Shown in pieces: positions 1-8,817 of a stretch of DNA of 64,000 bases. Both the position numbers and the translations under genes were made by a program. This DNA comes from Caecitellus pseudoparvulus (lineage: Eukaryota > Protista > Bigyra: Bicosoecida), in assembly GCA_965644315.1 (NCBI GenBank), contig CBFFRQ010000043.1, positions 1 to 64,000 of the forward strand, in the 5' to 3' direction. The stretch's first letter is position 1. Each line of letters begins with the position of its first letter. Below the pieces are notes generated by a model, which saw only the letters and a program-made list of their open reading frames with translations, ran no database searches and was not told the origin of the DNA.

Positions 1-1182
1 TAACCCTAACCCTAACCCTAACCCTAACCCTAACCCTAACCCTAACCCTAACCCTAACCCTAACCCTAACCCTAACCCTAACCCTAACCCTAACCCTAAC
101 CCTAACCCTAACCCTAACCCTAACCCTAACCCTAACCCTAACCCTAACCCTAACCCTAACCCTAACCCTAACCCTAACCCTAACCCTAACCCTAACCCTA
201 ACCCTAACCCTAACCCTAACCCTAACCCTAACCCTAACCCTAACCCTAACCCTAACCCTAACCCTAACCCTAACCCTAACCCTAACCCTAACCCTAACCC
301 TAACCCTAACCCTAACCCTAACCCTAACCCTAACCCTAACCCTAACCCTAACCCTAACCCTAACCCTAACCCTAACCCTAACCCTAACCCTAACCCTAAC
401 CCTAACCCTAACCCTAACCCTAACCCTAACCCTAACCCTAACCCTAACCCTAACCCTAACCCTAACCCTAACCCTAACCCTAACCCTAACCCTAACCCTA
501 ACCCTAACCCTAACCCTAACCCTAACCCTAACCCTAACCCTAACCCTAACCCTAACCCTAACCCTAACCCTAACCCTAACCCTAACCCTAACCCTAACCC
601 TAACCCTAACCCTAACCCTAACCCTAACCCTAACCCTAACCCTAACCCTAACCCTAACCCTAACCCTAACCCTAACCCTAACCCTAACCCTAACCCTAAC
701 CCTAACCCTAACCCTAACCCTAACCCTAACCCTAACCCTAACCCTAACCCTAACCCTAACCCTAACCCTAACCCTAACCCTAACCCTAACCCTAACCCTA
801 ACCCTAACCCTAACCCTAACCCTAACCCTAACCCTAACCCTAACCCTAACCCTAACCCTAACCCTAACCCTAACCCTAACCCTAACCCTAACCCTAACCC
901 TAACCCTAACCCTAACCCTAACCCTAACCCTAACCCTAACCCTAACCCTAACCCTAACCCTAACCCTAACCCTAACCCTAACCCTAACCCTAACCCTAAC
1001 CCTAACCCTAACCCTAACCCTAACCCTAACCCTAACCCTAACCCTAACCCTAACCCTAACCCTAACCCTAACCCTAACCCTAACCCTAACCCTAACCCTA
1101 ACCCTAACCCTAACCCTAACCCTAACCCTAACCCTAACCCTAACCCTAACCCTAACCCTAACCCTAACCCTAACCCTAACCC
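1..1182 (+). repeat. Telomeric repeat tract (TAACCC)197, C-rich strand; chromosome left end
   Basis: Uninterrupted TAACCC hexamers from base 1 to 1182 (reverse complement of TTAGGG). Confidence 0.99.
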
Positions 1183-1409
1183 AAACTTTCCAAATGTCAA
1201 GCTAATCACAAGTTGTGAAGTGCTAACATTGCCTAATCCAGGCGCTCGTGCACCCAAGTGTGGTGTTGCACAGTGCTTGCTGGTTGGGTGGTGCGCACCG
1301 GGGCGGGGTAGTGCGAATTCCGCACACCATCGCACCGTGGCTCCCAGTTTGCGCCCTCGGTCGGGGCATGCACCTGGGATCGACATCAAAAGCATCATTG
1401 ACAAGCATC

Positions 1410-3494
1410 ATGAACGCCCAAGTGGATCAAGTCCTGGGGGTCCTCTTCGTGGAGGGGTGCCTGAAGCGCAAGCAAGTGCTCGGCCCCAGAACAGGTGTCT
1501 TCACTGACATGCCACGTCGGGGTGCCGCACGCACCTTCGAGCTTGGAGGACCCCTGCCCAAGACTGATCATGATAGTTCATCTTCGGCACGGGACATGTG
1601 GCTCGAGGTCTATGGGGAAGCCGCCGAACGGCTGATCCCAGGGCTGAGTGCGGAATTCGGCAACGCCAATGCGGCCCTGCGCCAGGGACCCACCGGATCG
1701 CCAACCATCCTCGTCACGCTCGGAAGTGAGGGTGATTCACCAACAGTGGCACGTCAACTTCGCATTCTTGCTGCTCAAGAGGACGACTTCGCCATTCGAG
1801 TCGGCCAAGGTGGGTTCGTCGCCGTGGCCTACACCAACACCAAGCAGTTCGCATCGGCGAAGGCGAAAGTGAAGGTGAAGGCCCACCCCACCGCCATCCA
1901 AGTGGCCCACCAAGTGACCAAGGAAGCAACCGAAATCGCCTGCCAGTCAGGTGATGTTGCCAAGGTCATGTGCCTCGTTAGGTCCCACTTCGACCATGGC
2001 CCCGTGCCAGCCCAAGCCGTCCGTCCCAGTGTCAGACAATCCGTCCCCTCCGAGGGTGATGCACCTGTCGACACCAAGACACCATCGACCTGGACTGACA
2101 CTCAGCTCGACAAGGCACCGAAGAAGAAGAAGACCCGTCGAGGCAAGCGAGGAAAGGGCAAGTCAGCCGGACGATCCCTCACCTTCGAGGACGTCTTCAT
2201 CAAGAACGTCCGGCCACCTGCACCTCGACCAACCTCACCACCTGCCACCCAAGGCTCACCCAAAGATACCGTCACCACCCCTGTGGTGCATGCCATGTTG
2301 CCTTCATCAAGGGTGCAGCGGGGCGTCGACCGCAAGTGGCCGTCCCCCACCCCGTCGGGCGAGGCAAGCCCCGAGGTGCACCGGTATCGGCCGTCTGCAG
2401 CAGCAGCATGGGAGGTGATCACAAGGGTGGTGCCTCTTCATGACAGTGTGCGGACACCCGAGCACCTGGCCGAGTACCCCATCAAGCCTGGCCCTCTGGC
2501 CGACCTGCTGTCATCGACCCACGTGTACTCTAACGTGGGGGGGCGGGCCTGTGTCCAGGCCTGTCTCGAGACGGCAGCAGGGGAGAGGGTCTTCGAGGCT
2601 GGGGACCTCCTCCTACTCCAGCATGCAGCCACCATCAACGCTGCCCAGCTTGCCTTCAAGCACATGGTCAGGCAGCTGGAGGGGGTGGTCAGTGACTCGT
2701 CCAGCTCGGACATCATGGACGTCGGCCAGAAGCCACCCTCCCCCTTCCGCTCAGACGGGCAACGGGTGGCCGTCTTCCGCAACATGCTGCACCAGCACTC
2801 GCCGGATGACACCTTCCTGGCCCCAGGTACACCACCAGTCCTGCTTCCCGGCCTGCACCTGCTCATCGACCGCATCAACCAAGGGTACCGTGCCCCAGCC
2901 GGGCATGATGACCTTGGCCAGGCCGGCGTCGACCCCAGCCAGGTTGATGAAGAGGGTGACCAAGAGGGGCACCTCGACGGAGTGCTGTATGCCTTCGCAC
3001 TTCGAGAGGTGTGGACCGACAACACGGCCCATCTGCAGCTCATCCTCGTCGACCATGATCGAGGCAAGCTGGTGCTGTGGAACCCCGACATCCCTGACCT
3101 CCATGACGAGCTGCCCCTGCACAAGTGCATGACCCGGCTGGCAGCCGAAGGCATCAACGTCTTGTACCGGATCTGGACCACACCCGAGGCGGGCAGTCCA
3201 GCACCCTTCCGGGACAGGCTTCGAGGGGCACTCCAGTCTCTCCGAGATGACTTCCCCCCCCTGCCTCACAAGGCCACCGACGGCACCGTGCACCCCCAGA
3301 CCCTCATCGCTGGCAAGGGCACAAGGGTGGCCATGCCTCATGGGCGGATGACCCGACAGCAGGCCGCCACCCTGGAGGCTGAGGTCAAGGACCCCCTCAA
3401 GCGGCTGGTGCCTGAAGACGGCGAGGGTCGCCTGCCCAAGGTCAAGGATGTGCCCCACATCTCGATCGGGCAGATGGGTGGACGCCTGATGTAA
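1410..3494 (+). CDS. Family A protein (~694 aa): unknown N-terminal region, basic patch, putative Josephin/papain-like cysteine protease domain; no EN or RT
   Basis: The track ORF 1248-3494 starts at GTG; in-frame ATGs are at 1368 and 1410 (MNAQVD preferred). It contains KAPKKKKTRRGKRGKGK and the motifs SNVGGRACVQACLE and AHLQLILVD...LVLWNPD, which are shared with the B ORF. Confidence 0.8.
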   Translation: MNAQVDQVLGVLFVEGCLKRKQVLGPRTGVFTDMPRRGAARTFELGGPLPKTDHDSSSSARDMWLEVYGEAAERLIPGLSAEFGNANAALRQGPTGSPTILVTLGSEGDSPTVARQLRILAAQEDDFAIRVGQGGFVAVAYTNTKQFASAKAKVKVKAHPTAIQVAHQVTKEATEIACQSGDVAKVMCLVRSHFDHGPVPAQAVRPSVRQSVPSEGDAPVDTKTPSTWTDTQLDKAPKKKKTRRGKRGKGKSAGRSLTFEDVFIKNVRPPAPRPTSPPATQGSPKDTVTTPVVHAMLPSSRVQRGVDRKWPSPTPSGEASPEVHRYRPSAAAAWEVITRVVPLHDSVRTPEHLAEYPIKPGPLADLLSSTHVYSNVGGRACVQACLETAAGERVFEAGDLLLLQHAATINAAQLAFKHMVRQLEGVVSDSSSSDIMDVGQKPPSPFRSDGQRVAVFRNMLHQHSPDDTFLAPGTPPVLLPGLHLLIDRINQGYRAPAGHDDLGQAGVDPSQVDEEGDQEGHLDGVLYAFALREVWTDNTAHLQLILVDHDRGKLVLWNPDIPDLHDELPLHKCMTRLAAEGINVLYRIWTTPEAGSPAPFRDRLRGALQSLRDDFPPLPHKATDGTVHPQTLIAGKGTRVAMPHGRMTRQQAATLEAEVKDPLKRLVPEDGEGRLPKVKDVPHISIGQMGGRLM

Positions 3495-3908
3495 GTCACC
3501 TGTGGGGGCATACTCCCTGTGCCACACATGACTGAAGCTTTGTGTCGCGACCGACGCACATAGCTGACATCGGACATTGGAAAGTCCAACCCAACCTCAC
3601 CATCACCAACCCAACATCGATACCAACACATCAGGACTCGGCTCAGTGGAAGGGGAAGGCACTTGCAGCAAGATCTGTGAGGCCGCCCCCAAACCTGAGC
3701 CGAAGGGACAGCCGGGCTGGGTCGTGTGCTTGCATCTCAGCAACACCCAGTCCGTGTCGAGTCCATATCCTCCAGCCCACACCGCCACCCAAGCCAAGCA
3801 AGTCGGGTCTCCACCCCTGGACATCGGACCGAGACGGACGAGACTGGACTGGACGGACAAGACAAGAGTGGACCGAGACCTGGACCTACACCTCAAGACC
3901 ATCCCACC

Positions 3909-4114
3909 GGGGCGGGCGCTGAAGCGCCAAGACAGACGGCGACTTATACAACGGACACGAGTCTGTGCTAGTCGCAAAGCCGTGCAAGCGGTGCCGTCGT
4001 GGTGTCTGTGTCACTGCATTCTGTTGTGGCGCAGGTGGCACCACATGTCCAAGCCCAAGCTGTACCATGATGTAGCCTGCATGGAGGCAATCTGCAATGC
4101 ATTGAGTAGCTAAC
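3909..4114 (+). other. Conserved structured 3'-terminal RNA element of family A (also in A2 and A3)
   Basis: Serial stem-loops that align with the B 3' end, with compensatory changes. Confidence 0.75.
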
Positions 4115-7042
4115 TTTCCAAATGTCAAGCTAATCACAAGTTGTGAAGTGCTAACATTGCCTAATCCAGGCGCTCGTGCACCCAAGTGTGGTGTTGCACA
4201 GTGCTTGCTGGTTGGGTGGTGCGCACCGGGGCGGGGTAGTGCGAATTCCGCACACCATCGCACCGTGGCTCCCAGTTTGCGCCCTCGGTCGGGGCATGCA
4301 CCTGGGATCGACATCAAAAGCATCATTGACAAGCATCATGAACGCCCAAGTGGATCAAGTCCTGGGGGTCCTCTTCGTGGAGGGGTGCCTGAAGCGCAAG
4401 CAAGTGCTCGGCCCCAGAACAGGTGTCTTCACTGACATGCCACGTCGGGGTGCCGCACGCACCTTCGAGCTTGGAGGACCCCTGCCCAAGACTGATCATG
4501 ATAGTTCATCTTCGGCACGGGACATGTGGCTCGAGGTCTATGGGGAAGCCGCCGAACGGCTGATCCCAGGGCTGAGTGCGGAATTCGGCAACGCCAATGC
4601 GGCCCTGCGCCAGGGACCCACCGGATCGCCAACCATCCTCGTCACGCTCGGAAGTGAGGGTGATTCACCAACAGTGGCACGTCAACTTCGCATTCTTGCT
4701 GCTCAAGAGGACGACTTCGCCATTCGAGTCGGCCAAGGTGGGTTCGTCGCCGTGGCCTACACCAACACCAAGCAGTTCGCATCGGCGAAGGCGAAAGTGA
4801 AGGTGAAGGCCCACCCCACCGCCATCCAAGTGGCCCACCAAGTGACCAAGGAAGCAACCGAAATCGCCTGCCAGTCAGGTGATGTTGCCAAGGTCATGTG
4901 CCTCGTTAGGTCCCACTTCGACCATGGCCCCGTGCCAGCCCAAGCCGTCCGTCCCAGTGTCAGACAATCCGTCCCCTCCGAGGGTGATGCACCTGTCGAC
5001 ACCAAGACACCATCGACCTGGACTGACACTCAGCTCGACAAGGCACCGAAGAAGAAGAAGACCCGTCGAGGCAAGCGAGGAAAGGGCAAGTCAGCCGGAC
5101 GATCCCTCACCTTCGAGGACGTCTTCATCAAGAACGTCCGGCCACCTGCACCTCGACCAACCTCACCACCTGCCACCCAAGGCTCACCCAAAGATACCGT
5201 CACCACCCCTGTGGTGCATGCCATGTTGCCTTCATCAAGGGTGCAGCGGGGCGTCGACCGCAAGTGGCCGTCCCCCACCCCGTCGGGCGAGGCAAGCCCC
5301 GAGGTGCACCGGTATCGGCCGTCTGCAGCAGCAGCATGGGAGGTGATCACAAGGGTGGTGCCTCTTCATGACAGTGTGCGGACACCCGAGCACCTGGCCG
5401 AGTACCCCATCAAGCCTGGCCCTCTGGCCGACCTGCTGTCATCGACCCACGTGTACTCTAACGTGGGGGGGCGGGCCTGTGTCCAGGCCTGTCTCGAGAC
5501 GGCAGCAGGGGAGAGGGTCTTCGAGGCTGGGGACCTCCTCCTACTCCAGCATGCAGCCACCATCAACGCTGCCCAGCTTGCCTTCAAGCACATGGTCAGG
5601 CAGCTGGAGGGGGTGGTCAGTGACTCGTCCAGCTCGGACATCATGGACGTCGGCCAGAAGCCACCCTCCCCCTTCCGCTCAGACGGGCAACGGGTGGCCG
5701 TCTTCCGCAACATGCTGCACCAGCACTCGCCGGATGACACCTTCCTGGCCCCAGGTACACCACCAGTCCTGCTTCCCGGCCTGCACCTGCTCATCGACCG
5801 CATCAACCAAGGGTACCGTGCCCCAGCCGGGCATGATGACCTTGGCCAGGCCGGCGTCGACCCCAGCCAGGTTGATGAAGAGGGTGACCAAGAGGGGCAC
5901 CTCGACGGAGTGCTGTATGCCTTCGCACTTCGAGAGGTGTGGACCGACAACACGGCCCATCTGCAGCTCATCCTCGTCGACCATGATCGAGGCAAGCTGG
6001 TGCTGTGGAACCCCGACATCCCTGACCTCCATGACGAGCTGCCCCTGCACAAGTGCATGACCCGGCTGGCAGCCGAAGGCATCAACGTCTTGTACCGGAT
6101 CTGGACCACACCCGAGGCGGGCAGTCCAGCACCCTTCCGGGACAGGCTTCGAGGGGCACTCCAGTCTCTCCGAGATGACTTCCCCCCCCTGCCTCACAAG
6201 GCCACCGACGGCACCGTGCACCCCCAGACCCTCATCGCTGGCAAGGGCACAAGGGTGGCCATGCCTCATGGGCGGATGACCCGACAGCAGGCCGCCACCC
6301 TGGAGGCTGAGGTCAAGGACCCCCTCAAGCGGCTGGTGCCTGAAGACGGCGAGGGTCGCCTGCCCAAGGTCAAGGATGTGCCCCACATCTCGATCGGGCA
6401 GATGGGTGGACGCCTGATGTAAGTCACCTGTGGGGGCATACTCCCTGTGCCACACATGACTGAAGCTTTGTGTCGCGACCGACGCACATAGCTGACATCG
6501 GACATTGGAAAGTCCAACCCAACCTCACCATCACCAACCCAACATCGATACCAACACATCAGGACTCGGCTCAGTGGAAGGGGAAGGCACTTGCAGCAAG
6601 ATCTGTGAGGCCGCCCCCAAACCTGAGCCGAAGGGACAGCCGGGCTGGGTCGTGTGCTTGCATCTCAGCAACACCCAGTCCGTGTCGAGTCCATATCCTC
6701 CAGCCCACACCGCCACCCAAGCCAAGCAAGTCGGGTCTCCACCCCTGGACATCGGACCGAGACGGACGAGACTGGACTGGACGGACAAGACAAGAGTGGA
6801 CCGAGACCTGGACCTACACCTCAAGACCATCCCACCGGGGCGGGCGCTGAAGCGCCAAGACAGACGGCGACTTATACAACGGACACGAGTCTGTGCTAGT
6901 CGCAAAGCCGTGCAAGCGGTGCTGTCGTGGTGTCTGTGTCACTGCATTCTGTTGTGGCGCAGGTGGCACCACATGTCCAAGCCCAAGCTGTACCATGATG
7001 TAGCCTGCATGGAGGCAATCTGCAATGCATTGAGTAGCTAAC
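4112..7042 (+). mobile_element. Family A copy A2 (full length)
   Basis: Same 5' start (aactttccaaatg) as A1. The only internal difference noticed is C3995 vs T6923. Ends in CTAAC. Confidence 0.9.
4338..6422 (+). CDS. Family A protein, copy 2
   Basis: Translation identical to the A1 ORF (track ORF 4176-6422). Confidence 0.8.
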   Translation: MNAQVDQVLGVLFVEGCLKRKQVLGPRTGVFTDMPRRGAARTFELGGPLPKTDHDSSSSARDMWLEVYGEAAERLIPGLSAEFGNANAALRQGPTGSPTILVTLGSEGDSPTVARQLRILAAQEDDFAIRVGQGGFVAVAYTNTKQFASAKAKVKVKAHPTAIQVAHQVTKEATEIACQSGDVAKVMCLVRSHFDHGPVPAQAVRPSVRQSVPSEGDAPVDTKTPSTWTDTQLDKAPKKKKTRRGKRGKGKSAGRSLTFEDVFIKNVRPPAPRPTSPPATQGSPKDTVTTPVVHAMLPSSRVQRGVDRKWPSPTPSGEASPEVHRYRPSAAAAWEVITRVVPLHDSVRTPEHLAEYPIKPGPLADLLSSTHVYSNVGGRACVQACLETAAGERVFEAGDLLLLQHAATINAAQLAFKHMVRQLEGVVSDSSSSDIMDVGQKPPSPFRSDGQRVAVFRNMLHQHSPDDTFLAPGTPPVLLPGLHLLIDRINQGYRAPAGHDDLGQAGVDPSQVDEEGDQEGHLDGVLYAFALREVWTDNTAHLQLILVDHDRGKLVLWNPDIPDLHDELPLHKCMTRLAAEGINVLYRIWTTPEAGSPAPFRDRLRGALQSLRDDFPPLPHKATDGTVHPQTLIAGKGTRVAMPHGRMTRQQAATLEAEVKDPLKRLVPEDGEGRLPKVKDVPHISIGQMGGRLM

Positions 7043-7064
7043 CCCTAACCCTAACCCTAACCCT
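7038..7064 (+). repeat. Interstitial telomeric repeats (~4 units) between A2 and A3
   Basis: ctaacccctaaccctaaccctaaccct; the first unit has 4 Cs. Confidence 0.95.
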
Positions 7065-8192
7065 AGCCCCGAGGTGCACCGGTATCGGCCGTCTGCAGCA
7101 GCAGCATGGGAGGTGATCACAAGGGTGGTGCCTCTTCATGACAGTGTGCGGACACCCGAGCACCTGGCCGAGTACCCCATCAAGCCTGGCCCTCTGGCCG
7201 ACCTGCTGTCATCGACCCACGTGTACTCTAACGTGGGGGGGCGGGCCTGTGTCCAGGCCTGTCTCGAGACGGCAGCAGGGGAGAGGGTCTTCGAGGCTGG
7301 GGACCTCCTCCTACTCCAGCATGCAGCCACCATCAACGCTGCCCAGCTTGCCTTCAAGCACATGGTCAGGCAGCTGGAGGGGGTGGTCAGTGACTCGTCC
7401 AGCTCGGACATCATGGACGTCGGCCAGAAGCCACCCTCCCCCTTCCGCTCAGACGGGCAACGGGTGGCCGTCTTCCGCAACATGCTGCACCAGCACTCGC
7501 CGGATGACACCTTCCTGGCCCCAGGTACACCACCAGTCCTGCTTCCCGGCCTGCACCTGCTCATCGACCGCATCAACCAAGGGTACCGTGCCCCAGCCGG
7601 GCATGATGACCTTGGCCAGGCCGGCGTCGACCCCAGCCAGGTTGATGAAGAGGGTGACCAAGAGGGGCACCTCGACGGAGTGCTGTATGCCTTCGCACTT
7701 CGAGAGGTGTGGACCGACAACACGGCCCATCTGCAGCTCATCCTCGTCGACCATGATCGAGGCAAGCTGGTGCTGTGGAACCCCGACATCCCTGACCTCC
7801 ATGACGAGCTGCCCCTGCACAAGTGCATGACCCGGCTGGCAGCCGAAGGCATCAACGTCTTGTACCGGATCTGGACCACACCCGAGGCGGGCAGTCCAGC
7901 ACCCTTCCGGGACAGGCTTCGAGGGGCACTCCAGTCTCTCCGAGATGACTTCCCCCCCCTGCCTCACAAGGCCACCGACGGCACCGTGCACCCCCAGACC
8001 CTCATCGCTGGCAAGGGCACAAGGGTGGCCATGCCTCATGGGCGGATGACCCGACAGCAGGCCGCCACCCTGGAGGCTGAGGTCAAGGACCCCCTCAAGC
8101 GGCTGGTGCCTGAAGACGGCGAGGGTCGCCTGCCCAAGGTCAAGGATGTGCCCCACATCTCGATCGGGCAGATGGGTGGACGCCTGATGTAA
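7065..8192 (+). pseudogene. 5'-truncated family A ORF (protease-like half retained, no native start)
   Basis: The track ORF 7074-8192 starts at an internal GTG and equals the C-terminal 372 aa of the A ORF. Confidence 0.75.
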
Positions 8193-8812
8193 GTCACCTG
8201 TGGGGGCATACTCCCTGTGCCACACATGACTGAAGCTTTGTGTCGCGACCGACGCACATAGCTGACATCGGACATTGGAAAGTCCAACCCAACCTCACCA
8301 TCACCAACCCAACATCGATACCAACACATCAGGACTCGGCTCAGTGGAAGGGGAAGGCACTTGCAGCAAGATCTGTGAGGCCGCCCCCAAACCTGAGCCG
8401 AAGGGACAGCCGGGCTGGGTCGTGTGCTTGCATCTCAGCAACACCCAGTCCGTGTCGAGTCCATATCCTCCAGCCCACACCGCCACCCAAGCCAAGCAAG
8501 TCGGGTCTCCACCCCTGGACATCGGACCGAGACGGACGAGACTGGACTGGACGGACAAGACAAGAGTGGACCGAGACCTGGACCTACACCTCAAGACCAT
8601 CCCACCGGGGCGGGCGCTGAAGCGCCAAGACAGACGGCGACTTATACAACGGACACGAGTCTGTGCTAGTCGCAAAGCCGTGCAAGCGGTGCCGTCGTGG
8701 TGTCTGTGTCACTGCATTCTGTTGTGGCGCAGGTGGCACCACATGTCCAAGCCCAAGCTGTACCATGATGTAGCCTGCATGGAGGCAATCTGCAATGCAT
8801 TGAGTAGCTAAC
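7065..8812 (+). mobile_element. Family A copy A3, 5'-truncated
   Basis: Matches A1 from position 2367 (agccccgaggtg) to the CTAAC end and is capped by telomeric repeats at the truncation. Confidence 0.92.
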
Positions 8813-8817
8813 CTCAT

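Larger units (their letters stand above)
1183..4114 (+). mobile_element. Telomeric non-autonomous retroelement family A, copy A1 (apparently full length, 2928-bp period)
   Basis: Abuts the telomere tract and is repeated at +2928. It has one long ORF homologous to the N-terminus of the RT polyprotein at 8812-14340 and a 3' end shared with family B, ending ...caatgcattgagtagCTAAC. Confidence 0.9.

Noticed and set aside
3542-4113. ORFs of 126 and 178 aa in the A 3' region, and ORFs in the B 3' UTR
   Set aside because: No recognisable motifs and no A/B protein-level conservation; best read as UTR.
1183-7042. A1/A2 as an assembly duplication artefact
   Set aside because: The copies differ at 3995/6923 and have different flanks. 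It is not fully excluded without reads.
1183-8812. Family A copies as LTRs or a simple satellite
   Set aside because: No TG..CA termini, PBS or integrase. Shared 3' ends with variable 5' truncation and a 3' structure shared with a LINE indicate retroposition.
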